A stretch of DNA of 64,000 nt, taken from NCBI GenBank assembly GCA_002104945.1, contig MCFH01000026.1, positions 620,001 through 684,000 on the forward strand. The letters are read 5' to 3'. Of the stretch, positions 1 through 11,522 are shown one piece after another (position 1 is the first letter of the stretch; each line of letters opens with the position of its first letter). The notes under the pieces were generated by a model. It was given only the letters and a program-made list of their open reading frames with translations, had not been told where the DNA came from and searched no databases. The DNA is from Piromyces finnis finn (lineage: Eukaryota > Fungi > Neocallimastigomycota). The translations under genes were made by a program, and so were the position numbers.

Positions 1-415
1 ATAATATAGATAATTTTATATTCCGAAAATAAATTATTCTAAAATTGAATTTTGAATTTTATACTTTTAATTTAAAATTTAAAAATAAACCAAAGGAAAT
101 TAAATTCAAATAACCTTAGAACAATTTTAGTTCAATTTATTTAGAATGTTAACAATACTTATTTAAAACATAAAACATGAAACTAAGAAATTATTAGTTC
201 TGAAACTATTTTAAAATTATCAATGTTAAATATTAATATAAAGTTAATAATTTAAAATCCTAAAATATATACCATAAATATATAGAAGAAAACAAATATT
301 AATCTTAAACTACTTTATTTCGTCAAATCCGTATAAATTGTTAACAAAGCAACAATTGTTTTATTATTTACCCATCTTAATTAAAATTTATTATTTATTA
401 TAATTTCATTAAATA

Positions 416-1864
416 ATGAAACTAATAAACAACATATACAATTTAATTCAAATATTTCAAATATTTTTAATTCTACCGACAACATTTGCTTTAAATGAAC
501 TATGTAATTTTAATGGAAACTACGGTGTTTGTGTAGACATAAATGATTGCAAATTGGTAGATAAACAAGAAGGAATAGCAGTTCCTAAACCAAATCTTTG
601 CAATGGTGATAAAAACATTCAGTGTTGTATTAAAGTTGTTTCTACTCTCAGAAATGGTAATTCACTCTCAATATCTGGAAATTGTAAATACTCATATTTT
701 TGTCCTAATAATTATAGACAATATTATAATGAATGCCCAGGAGATAGGTATAATACATTGTGTGTATCAAATGAATCAATAGAAGAAAAATCATATTTTT
801 TTGCTGTAGGATCAAAAGAAATAGAATTTATTAAAGATATTAAAGAAGGAAATAAAAAATACTTTTTAGATGAAATCCCAAAGTATAAAGCATATTATGA
901 AAAGTTTAGATTTACTGAAGACGAAATAATTTCATATGCCAACACTGCATTGGATTATTTAAAAACAAGTTATCTTTTCACAAATACAATAAATATTATG
1001 AACCTTAAACATATTGGTATTTATTTAGGATCTAAAGAGAAAGGAAGACTTTTTGAATTCGATAATAATGGATGGCATGTTAAAGATTATACTATGGAAA
1101 AACTTGATGAAGACCATAATGATCCAAACAAATGGAATTGGACTCACTTCAAGGAATTCAGGGGATATACAAGGGTTTCTCCAGAAAGCCTTGAAGACTC
1201 ATTAAATGATTATAAAGAAGTCAATCGTTACTTTAATAATAAATCATATAATCTTTTTTGTAACAATTGCCATGATTTTGTAAAATGGTGTTTAGAGATT
1301 ATTACTATGGGTAAACGTCTTGTAGAACCAGAATCCATTAATATTATAAAAGACAATTATACATTTAATACAAATGAAATTGACAATAAAAAAGCAGCCG
1401 AAAATATAAATACTATTATTAGTGATATACATAAAAAATTTCGTGCAAAAGGAAGTGGTGTAATAGATATTTTAAAGGTAGAATTAATTTACTATTTCCT
1501 TGTAAACATAGGATTTAAAAATAACGACATCATAAATATTAAATATAATGATCATGAAATATGCGCTGGATTGGATTATATAAATCTTCTTAGAGAAAAG
1601 AATTACAATGACGTTTGTAAAAGCTATGATTATAGTGGACTTATAAATTCTAAAGCCACTATTAATGGTAAATTTATCACATCAAGTGAAAACTTTTCTA
1701 ATTTTATTTTCGACAACGATTTATGTTTAGAATTAAATTCTAGCGATATAGTTGATAAATCCGATGATATCAATGGAACTGAAAACTTTAATGATATTAC
1801 TTTCACAAACATTTTTATTATATTTACATCAGTCATATTCTTGGAATTATTCAATTTATACTAG
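416..1864 (+). CDS. Secreted, possibly GPI-anchored protein: signal peptide + two Cys-rich modules + LRAT/PPPDE-like (permuted NlpC/P60) thiol hydrolase/acyltransferase domain
   Basis: Uninterrupted 482-aa ORF. Hydrophobic N-terminus ends ...LPTTFA. Cys-rich repeats (CNFNGNYGVCVDINDC...LCNGDKNIQCC; CKYSYFCP...ECPGD...LC). His motif KHIGIYLG precedes Cys motif YNLFCNNCHDFV, the order seen in permuted papain folds. Hydrophobic C-terminal tail (IFIIFTSVIFLELF). Confidence 0.8.
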   Translation: MKLINNIYNLIQIFQIFLILPTTFALNELCNFNGNYGVCVDINDCKLVDKQEGIAVPKPNLCNGDKNIQCCIKVVSTLRNGNSLSISGNCKYSYFCPNNYRQYYNECPGDRYNTLCVSNESIEEKSYFFAVGSKEIEFIKDIKEGNKKYFLDEIPKYKAYYEKFRFTEDEIISYANTALDYLKTSYLFTNTINIMNLKHIGIYLGSKEKGRLFEFDNNGWHVKDYTMEKLDEDHNDPNKWNWTHFKEFRGYTRVSPESLEDSLNDYKEVNRYFNNKSYNLFCNNCHDFVKWCLEIITMGKRLVEPESINIIKDNYTFNTNEIDNKKAAENINTIISDIHKKFRAKGSGVIDILKVELIYYFLVNIGFKNNDIINIKYNDHEICAGLDYINLLREKNYNDVCKSYDYSGLINSKATINGKFITSSENFSNFIFDNDLCLELNSSDIVDKSDDINGTENFNDITFTNIFIIFTSVIFLELFNLY

Positions 1865-2854
1865 AAATCCTTAATTTCGTCAACTTTATAATATAAAGCC
1901 ATTATAATTTCTACACATATATATAATTTTAAATAATCATCTATTAATATACACATTTCATAAAAATTACACTTTAATGTATTTATAACACATAATCTAA
2001 ATTCTAAATTCATTTGATTTTATTACATACATAATATACTTGATTACAAATTATATTTATCCTTACATAACATTATTATTTGTAATATTCAAATAAATCC
2101 TCATACATTGCACCAAGAAATACTTAATTCAACTACTTAGTTTGAAACATAAATAATTAAAATATATATTAACAAATTATACATAACAAATTAATTCGAA
2201 TATATTTAATAGTTACTGCTTTTCTACAAAGCGGATATTCGAAAGAGGATGTCATTTAATAAATTTACATAATAAATAAAAAATGCTAATACAAAAATAG
2301 CATATATAAGATATTACAATAATAGTAATAATAAAACAGACTCCTCATATACTTAATTACCTATATGTTTCAACTACTATGATTTATACGCAACAATTAT
2401 GAGTGCATTTAACTATTCAAATTACAAATCAAAATATTCTTAGAATAAAATATTTAGATTTGAGGGGGAAGAATAACCACGATAGTTAAATATAAAACAT
2501 ATATTAACAACTAGTCAATAAATACAAATAGTTAGGATAATATAGTACGTCACGTAATTACTCAAAGAAATAATACAAGAAAACACAATAAGAAAAATTA
2601 TCCAAAATAAACCAAATATTATAATACTACGAAAAACAATTAAAACACATAATTTACAACTTTAAGTTGATAATAAATTAATAACAAATATTTTACTAAA
2701 ATGCTAAGTTTATAATCCATAATATAAAACATATAAAATAATACCCAAAATTAAGGTTTAAAGTTTTATCCTAAGAAAAAACGAAATATAATAGGTTTAA
2801 CAGTTTATCCAGAAAACTAAGTATAAAATCAAGTTTAATAAAATATAATTAAAT

Positions 2855-3063
2855 GACGTAAAACCAAAGAGTAGTCATAAATAATAAAGACGTAAAACCT
2901 ATGAGTAAACCAAAGTGTTGTCACAAACAATAAAGACGTAAAACCCATGAGTAAACCTAAAGTGTTGTCATAAATTAATAATAGGATGATGTAAAACCAT
3001 AAAAGTATTCAATCCTTAAAACATATAATAGGATGGTGTAAATCCAAATGAGTATCCAATCCA
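2855..3063 (+). repeat. Imperfect tandem repeat, ~34-50 bp unit, ~5 copies
   Basis: Recurring GACGTAAAACC...GAGTA core at 2855, 2889 and 2935; degenerate GATGTAAAACC/GGTGTAAATCC copies further right. Confidence 0.6.
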
Positions 3064-3364
3064 AATAATTATTTTAAACTTGAATTATTAAATTACATAT
3101 TTTAAAGGTTTAGTTGTTTTATCCACTAAAAAGCAATATATAATATAACACATAAATATGGGTAATAATATAATTCTTGTAATTATATAAATTCAGGATA
3201 TATCTAGCAAAATAGTAATAATATAGTTTAATCATTTAGAAATCAATCATTAAAATGGTGAATTAAAATTTTAATAGTATAAAATAGTTAGATAATATAG
3301 AACATAATAATAGTAGCACATATTCACCAGTAAACCAAATTATTCCTGAAGAATAATTAGGTTT

Positions 3365-3582
3365 AAGGGGGAATGTTAGAATATGTGTAACGTGATAAGT
3401 TTATAATATACTATGTAATATGTGTCAAACACATTGAAATTTATTTGTACTACATTAAATACATAAGCCATAATTGTAAATCATATAAATACATGTAATT
3501 TCACATAATGTAAACATAAGAGTCTTTAGAACAAATATCCTCATGTAATTCTTAATAATAAAATACATTAATAAAGTTGACA
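3365..3582 (+). mobile_element. Possible Copia-type PPT plus short 3' LTR remnant
   Basis: AAGGGGGAA (3365-3373) directly followed by TGTTAG... and a candidate ...GTTGACA end at 3582. A similar TTTGAGGGGGAAG tract at ~2459-2471 resembles the Copia PPT at 15285-15296. Confidence 0.4.
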
Positions 3583-3608
3583 TATTCATAAAACCCAATT
3601 AACCAAAA

Positions 3609-4385
3609 TGTTAATAAGATTATTTAATAATTAATTATTAATTATTAAATAATAAATTAATATTTAGTAAAACTGATTATAAAATTTTTGAATAAATTTT
3701 ATGGAATAATTTAATAATAAATTATTTTATAATAATTCCGTTAAATTTAAATTAAGATAAATATTTAAGTTTAAGGAATAAAAGAATTTTAATTAAATTT
3801 AAATATTTCAAATATTTTAAATAATTAAAATATTTTTTTTAAATACTTTTTATTTAATTTTAGAATAGATTATACTTTTTTATTTAAATTTAGAATAGTT
3901 TAATAATTTTAACTTAGTTTTAAAAATAGATTTATTTATATTTCAATAGGAAATACATTAAGAATAGTATTGATAATATTAAATTAATTTATAGAAAATA
4001 CATGGGCTTTATTCAATTTTGAGTTTACTCAAATTGAATTAAAAGTATAATGAATTAGTTTTAGTTTAGTTTTGTTATTTTATTATTTAATTAGATTAGT
4101 GTTGTTTATTTTATATTAAATATATGTTTATTTAAATAGAATAATATATTAGAATATAATTATGAAAAAATATAAATACATGTAATTTTTGTTTATTAAA
4201 TCAATGTAATTGTTATTTTCAATTTTTTAATTATTAACTATTATATAGTTAATAATATTTTTAAGAGTTTAAATAAAAATGTTTTTTTTAAAATAAAAAT
4301 TTAATGTTTTATTTTTTTATTTTTGTGTTAATAAAAATTGTTTTGTTTTAATTATAAAATCTGTTTTAAATTTTATACTTTTACA
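3609..4385 (+). mobile_element. LTR, family A' (5' end eroded)
   Basis: Near-identical reverse complement of 54858-55640 and 63707-64000; ends ...TTTTATACTTTTACA. Confidence 0.8.
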
Positions 4386-4563
4386 GATGTATTCAATGAA
4401 AAAATTAAAAATTTTTTTAAAATTTGAAAATTGTGTGTAATTGAATGTTTTATTTTTACTTGCTCATTCTACAAGTTTTATATAATTAATGAATATAATT
4501 TAAAAATTTTAAAAAAAAACATCTTGTTTTATTAGTTTATTAATTTAAAATAAATATATAATA

Positions 4564-5285
4564 TGTCAAAGTTTTATAAGACTCAAAAACAGATTATAAA
4601 ACTTTACAATAAAACAACACCAAAAAATAAAAAAAACAAAATATAGTTAAAATTATCCTTTAAATATCTTCTTTTATTAATTTGATTTAGTTATTAACTA
4701 AATAGTCAATAACAACTACATCGTTTTAATCAAGAAATTTTACATGTATTTATATTTTTGTAAAATATATTTTAATATACTATTCTATTTAATTATACAT
4801 ATATTCAATATAAAATAAACAAAACTAATTTAATACAAATTTAAATAAATAATAAAATAATAAAACTAAACTAAAACTAATTAAATACACTTTTGATTCA
4901 ATTTGAGTAAACTGCAAATTGAATATAGTCCATGTATTATTTATATATTATTTTAATATTAATAATACTATTTATTATATATTTATAATTAAAAATGCTA
5001 ATTTAAAACTACGCTAAAGTTATTAAACTAATTTTAATTAAATAAAAACTATTTAAGATTTAATTTGAATAATTAAAATATTTAAATTTAATTATCCATT
5101 AATTTAAATATTTATCCAAATTTCATTTCTAACTTTGATATTTTAAAATTAATCTTTATTTAATTATTCCATAAAATTTATACAATAAATTTTATAAACA
5201 ATTTTTCATTAAAATATCAAAATTATTATTCAATAATTATTAATTAATTATTAAATAATTTAAAGATATACTTTATATCTTTACA
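4564..5285 (-). mobile_element. Solo LTR, family A (722 bp), TSD TAATA
   Basis: TG...CA termini; TAATA at 4559-4563 and 5286-5290; homologous to 57833-58567 and 59838-60559. Confidence 0.92.
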
Positions 5286-5598
5286 TAATACATCTCGCTA
5301 TGTATTATAAAAAATATATTAATTTATTATTTTATTATTAAAATATTCTAATTTTCCTGGATAATTAGTAACAGTTTTTAAAATAATATTTTCTATTTAT
5401 ATCTATACTATTTAATTACATTTAAGTTTGTTTATAAACAAAAGTTGTTTATGTTTTACATTTTTAAAATTTAATTAAATATTTATATTTTATATTATTT
5501 TAATTATTTAATATTATTTTAATTTATATTAAGTTTATATAATTTTAAAACCAGCTATTCTATTAATTCATTATTTATAAATTTCATTCTTTATCAAA

Positions 5599-7660
5599 TG
5601 TAATAATTTTTATTATATCTTTTATATAATAATAATTATTATCTACAATTTAATAATAATTAATATTATTAAACTGAAAAATTAAAATAAAAAGTTAATA
5701 CTTATCTTAAAAAGAGTTTATTATAAGGAAATATAATAAGCAACACAGCTTTAATATTATTTTATTTAAAATATATATATATTATTATTATTCTTTTTTA
5801 ATAAAGGTTATTTATTATAATTGATCTTATAATAATAACTCTGGATCCTTTAATGTAATTCCAGAATTCTTTTATTTATAGTTTTTTTTAAAAATTTAAA
5901 GTTTAATAAAGAATTTCTAATCTTAACAAATAATCTTTTTAGGAAAAGACTAGAAGAAAAACCTGAAAAGATATTCGATTGATAACTAATATATCAATCT
6001 GTAAAATAATAAATTTAAAACAGATTATTATTTTTACAATAAAACACAAAAAATATAAAAAAAAATTAAATACTAAAATTATAAATAAAAGTTTCAATTA
6101 ATATTTCCTTTTAAAGGTTATTAACTATATAATAGTCAATAACAACTCCGTTTATTTAAAATTTGGAAAAAATACATGTATTTGTATTTATATGTTTTTT
6201 CATTTACATTCATTATATATATTTTTCATTCAATTATACATATATTTAATATAAAATAAACAAAACTAATTTAATACAAATTTAAATAAATAATAAAATA
6301 ATAAAACTAAACTAAAACAAATTAAATACACTTTTGATTCAATTTGAGTAAACTGCAAATTGAATACAGTCCATGTATTATTTATATATTATTTTAATAT
6401 TAATAATACTATTTATAATATATTTCTTATTAAAAAAACTTATTTTAAAACTACGCTAAAGTTATTAAACTAATTTTAATTAAATAAAAACTATTTAAGA
6501 TTTAATTTGAATAATTAAAATATTTAAATTTATTTATCCATTAATTCAAATATTTATCCAAATTTCATTTCTTAACCATGATATTTTAAAATTAATTATT
6601 TAATTATTCCATAAAATTTATTGAATAAATTTTATAAATAATTTCCATTAAAATATCAAGATTTTTATTTAACAATTATTAATTAATTATTAAACAATTT
6701 AATTTATGTTAATAATACATATTTAGGTAATAGTCATTCAAATAAGTATTTTAACAAGCAACAAGAGCATAATGAATTCATTGAGGAATTCATGAATACT
6801 CTTGATTGCTTGATAGAAAAAAAATCAAATACATATAAAAACCAAGAAAAATTAGAAAAAATATCTAAACTACACTCATTAAAAAAAAAGAGAAAACATT
6901 ATAAATATTAATGAATATTCAACTTATGGAAAGTATATTTCAACTCTAAATGAAACATCAGTATTCTTTGCTTATCTTTCTAATAATTTAGTTGACATTA
7001 TTAAAGATATAAGATATATCTTTAAATTGTTTAATAATTAATTAATAATTGTTAAATAAAAATCTTGATATTTTAATGGAAATTATTTATAAAATTTATT
7101 CAATAAATTTTATGGAATAATTAAATAATTAATTTTAAAATATCAAGGTTAAGAAATGAAATTTGGATAAATATTTAAATTAATGGATAATTAAATTTAA
7201 AGATATATCTTATATCTTTACACAATCATCGTAATATTAAGTAAAACCGAAATATATTTCGGAAAAACCTTAATTTCCGATTTTTCCTAATAACTTTCTA
7301 TTTGTTTCTTAAGTTTCTGTTGAAATAAAATACATAACATGAATTGCATACATATAAAATTAATAAAAAATGAAATACATAAATGTTTCCTTAAAATGTA
7401 CAAATAAATGTAATTAAAAATTCTTAATTAACAAATATAAATGAATATTTATTATTATTTTAAATAAATTACTAAATTAAATAAATAAATAATTAGTATA
7501 ATAATTAAATAAATTTTTTTAAAATTAAATAAATGAATAATTAATATTAATATAATATAAATAAATACTTATAGTAATTTTAAATGAATATATACTAATA
7601 ATTTAAATAAATATTTAATTTAATAATTAAATAATTAAATAAGAATTAATAATTATTCAA
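5599..7660. repeat. Interspersed AT-rich repeat G (probable LTR, starts TGTAA), interrupted by the 6000-7222 insertion
   Basis: 5599-5999 plus 7223-~7660 is colinear with an uninterrupted copy at 39861-~40655 (e.g. AGGAAAAGACTAGAAGAAAAACC...CAATCATCG). Confidence 0.65.
6000..7222 (-). mobile_element. Rearranged family-A LTR insertion, TSD CAATC
   Basis: TG at 6000, CA at 7222, CAATC on both sides (5995-5999; 7223-7227). Contains LTR body to ~6700, a ~300-bp filler and an inverted copy of its own end (~7002-7197). Confidence 0.85.
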
Positions 7661-7688
7661 TAAATAATTATTAATTCATCAATAATAA

Positions 7689-8120
7689 TGTAAAAGGTTT
7701 ATTATAAAATTAGTTGATAGATTATTATTAATTAGTTAATTAAGTTAGTTATTACCTCTCTATACGAGTTAATAACCAATTAAAGTTTTATAAAAAATAA
7801 TAAAAGAAACTAAATAACAATAAAAAAAACAAAAATAAATATAAATAAATAAATATTATTATGAACTATATCTAAAATAATTATTGAATTATTATCTTTT
7901 ATTTATTAATTATAATTATAGTACATTGATTATTAATATAGTTATTAATTTACATTAATACTAACGCTAAAGTAATTAGCGTTTGTTTATACTATACTAT
8001 ACTAGTTTATTTCCTTTACCATTTGATTGGGTAAAGTAAATAAACTTTCTATTTAATTAATATATATGGTTTCAATTTATATATTTGTGGGCAAACTTAT
8101 GGCCACAAATATTTCTTACA
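7689..8120. mobile_element. Solo LTR, family F (432 bp), TSD AATAA
   Basis: TG...CA termini; AATAA at 7684-7688 and 8121-8125; reverse complement of 21128-21621. Confidence 0.9.
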
Positions 8121-8125
8121 AATAA

Positions 8126-8570
8126 TGTCAAAAAGCGATTTTTTATTAAAGAAAAGTGTGGTAAGCATACTAGTTATATTAATGAACAAATATAATGCGC
8201 TTTCCTATTGAAGCGTAAAGCTAATAATATTTATATAAAGAAAATTAAATAATATTTTTATTTTAGCAATAACTTAATATCAACATATATTAAGTTATTA
8301 AAAATATTAATTTTTTTAAAGTTTTAGGTTTTATAGGAGATTATAAATTTTATTAACTTTAAGTTAAAAAATTACTAACGCTAAAGCTTCGTAATTTTTG
8401 TCAATTTTTGTTCCTTTTATACATGAACAATTTTAATTATTATATTTTTAATTTTAATTAATTATTGTTTAATTATAAAATATTTAATTTTTATAAATTA
8501 ATTTAAAAATTAATTTATATTATATTAATTTTTAATATAAATTAAAAAAATGAAATTTTAAAAAAATTTT
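8126..8570. repeat. Interspersed repeat I (probable LTR, starts TGTCAAAAAGCG)
   Basis: Reverse complement of ~38290-38775 plus ~39805-39860. Confidence 0.65.
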
Positions 8571-9535
8571 TAATTTTTGTGAAGATATTAACTGGATTTA
8601 AAATAAATTCAGATAATATCTATAATCAATTAAACATAAAAATTATAATTAAATAATTCCAATAATTATTTTAAAACACCTTTAGAAGTCATCTTTTAAA
8701 TTTTGATTCAGTGAAAGGGTTATGATTTCAAAAATTTAATATCAATACACTATAACCCTTAGCCAAAAATAAACAAACACGAAACAGGGCGTAACTCGCC
8801 AAAAACGAGCGCTATTGGTATAAGTGCTACGGCTTTGAGGTTAAGTTTGTTTATTTTATAAATTAATAATTAAATTAATTATTAATTTAATTAATGATAA
8901 TGACTGTTACTAAAAATAGAACCAAACCATTTAAGTGTAACAGTTAACACCTATAAATTAAATAATTTTAATTAAAAAATATGTTAACGGCAAGTTTTAT
9001 TAGAAATAATTTTTAAATAATAATTATTTAATTATAACAAATATGTTATCAATTATGAATTATTAATTGAATAGTTTTTATAATTACTAATTAGGATCAA
9101 ATGTTTAAATGATTAATCATATGTTTATTTTATTTTTATGTCATGAAAAACAAACAAACAAATAGTTTTATAATTCATTATATTAAATTATTAATATATT
9201 ACATGTAATACTTTATTCTTATTAATATCAATTGAATAATCTGAACAAAGAATATAAAATAGAATGAATTGAATTCGATTTTAATTTCTTGTAAAGATTA
9301 TAGTTATAATCTTAATTATATAGTTATTAAATATATTATCATTTATATTATTATTATTAAATAAATAAAATTTTATAAAAGGTTATTTTAAAAACAAATA
9401 TTATTTTTTTCATTTGGAAGTTTAAAGTGTTATTTTATAATTAAAGTTAATTTCTTAAAAAACACCTTTACTATATAATTAACAAAATTCTGACCTTGCC
9501 GCATAACCAAACCTCAAAACTTAACACTCCTTATA

Positions 9536-9587
9536 TTCGGCGGTAGATACCCTAACGTATTCTCTAATTTCGTTGGGTAATTGTTAT
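9536..9587 (-). promoter_or_regulatory. Self-priming-type PBS (ATAACAATTAC, 9587-9577) and start of 5' leader of a family-B element
   Basis: Directly abuts the LTR end; matches the PBS/leader at 20756-20807 and 23262 onward. Confidence 0.8.
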
Positions 9588-10196
9588 TGTAATATAAACA
9601 CTGAAAGAATAAATTAGTCTATTCTATTACAATAACACCAAAATTAAAAAAATAAAAATAAAAATTGTTTTTAAAAATATCTTTAGTATAAAAGAATTTT
9701 ATTAATAACAATTACATCGATAAAATGATAAAAAATATCTTCTATTTATATTTTTTCTAAATACATTTATATTATATTATAACTATTTATTTCTTATATT
9801 ATTATTTAAAATCTACACTAAAATCCTAATTATTAATAAATATTAAAACTATAACTATTTTAGTAAAATACAATTGGCAATTCAAATTAAGTACTATTCA
9901 ATTTGAATATATGCCCATGTATTATTTATATATTAATCATTTAATAATTATATACTATTTATCTATTTCTATAAAAAAACAATACTAAAACTAGGTATTT
10001 AAATTTAGAATTTTAATTTACTTGTTAAACATTAAAAATAAATTAATAATTTATTTTGTTTTAAACTTTAATTATTAATAAATAAATTATGTCTCATTTT
10101 CTTTTTCTGTAATATAATTCGTGTAACTTAAACAATAATATTTAAGGCTTAAGTTACATTAAAGAATATCAATCTGTGGCGTTTGATATCTTTACA
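9588..10196 (-). mobile_element. LTR, family B (609 bp), chromovirus
   Basis: TG...CA; homologous to 22652-23261. Preceded on the minus strand by PPT AGAGAGAGAT (~10206-10197) and an integrase-chromodomain ORF. Confidence 0.9.
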
Positions 10197-10232
10197 ATCT
10201 CTCTCTCTAAGTCGAGCTCATGCAAGATTAAT

Positions 10233-11522
10233 TTATTGATAGTCAATTCTCGAAGGAATTTCAATTACAAATGGTTGGTATTTATGCTTAATTAGATTAC
10301 CAACTTTATTCTTTCTAATTTTCATGGAGGAGTCATTCGACTTATGTTTTGACTTTTTAGAGTTTCTTTCGAACTCTAGTATTAATTGTTTATTTGGAAT
10401 CTGATCTTCTGAAATCCAGATGGATTTGTTAAATCCTTTCCACGTCAACTTATAAAATGTTTCACCATTAACAGATTTCATCTTTTCAATTTTTTCTGGA
10501 ATTTTTTCAATCAAATCTGTGTTAAGATGAATGTTTCTCTTCCTATGGCTAGATCTATCTATAAACTCGTTTTCAAAGTATGGTTCTAACAATGAGACAT
10601 GAAAGACTGGATGATATCTCATTGTCTTTGGGAGTTTCAATTTAAAAGCAAGAAAACTAACTTTTTCAATTATTTTAAATGGACCAAGAATTTAAGGTGC
10701 TAACTTTTTCTTCAAGTTAGTTCCAGGCGAATCTTCCATTAACCATACCTTCTTTCCCACTTCGAATTCTGGGGGACTCATTCTTTTCATATCGGCATAT
10801 TTCTTATGTTTTTATGTTTCTTTTGCTTTTTCTAAGTTTTCTTTTAATAATTCAAAGTTTTCATTCATATCAATTACTCTTTGTTCAGATCTACTAGGTC
10901 TATCATTAGCTGGAATTTCTAAGCTGAACTTTGGATGAAAACCATAATTAGCAAAGAATAGGGATTAATTTATAGATTGTTGTAAAGTATTATTATATGC
11001 AAATTCAACAAATGGGATAAGATCAACCCAATTATTCTGCTTTTTATTGATAAAACAACGGAAATATTGTTCTAATATGCCGTTCACCCTCTCCGTTTGA
11101 CCATCTGTCTGCGGATGGTTAGAAGTCGATAATGAATGATTGATATTTAGAAGGTCACAAAGTCTTGACTAAAAATCAGAAGTAAATTGCAAGCCTCTAT
11201 CAGAAATGATGGAATCAGGAAGACCATGCAAATGGAAGACATTAGCAATAAAAGTATCAGCAGCAATCGAAGCGGTAGGAAGACAACGTAAAGGAATAGC
11301 GTGAGCAAATTTAGTAAATCTATCGACAACTATAAGTGTAGTCATATCTCTAGACTTAGGAAGATCAACAATAAAGTCGATAGAGATATCAGACCAAGGT
11401 CTACTAGGAGTGTTCAAAGGGGATAACAATCCATAAGGTTTATGTCTGGGGACTTTGGATTTGCAACAAGTCACGCAAGATTTGATAAAAGATTTAACGT
11501 CTGAATGAAATCTTGGTCACCA
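10233..11522 (-). pseudogene. pol: Ty3/Gypsy chromovirus integrase with GPY/F region and C-terminal chromodomain (frameshifted)
   Basis: Zn finger CxxC, RPWSDISIDFIVDLP, IISDRG, HPVFHVSLLEP and chromodomain-like FYKLTWKGF...WISEDQI...LILEF. Confidence 0.9.

Noticed and set aside
1630-1854. Antisense/shadow ORFs in the track (also 20311-20559, 23540-23752, 28109-28372, 30671-30940, 36454-36720, 53723-53951)
   Set aside because: They overlap recognisable genes on the opposite strand and have no independent motifs.
2855-3063. Short repeats with variable intervening sequence (CRISPR-like appearance)
   Set aside because: Units are degenerate, the spacers are related to each other, there are no cas genes and the context is eukaryotic.
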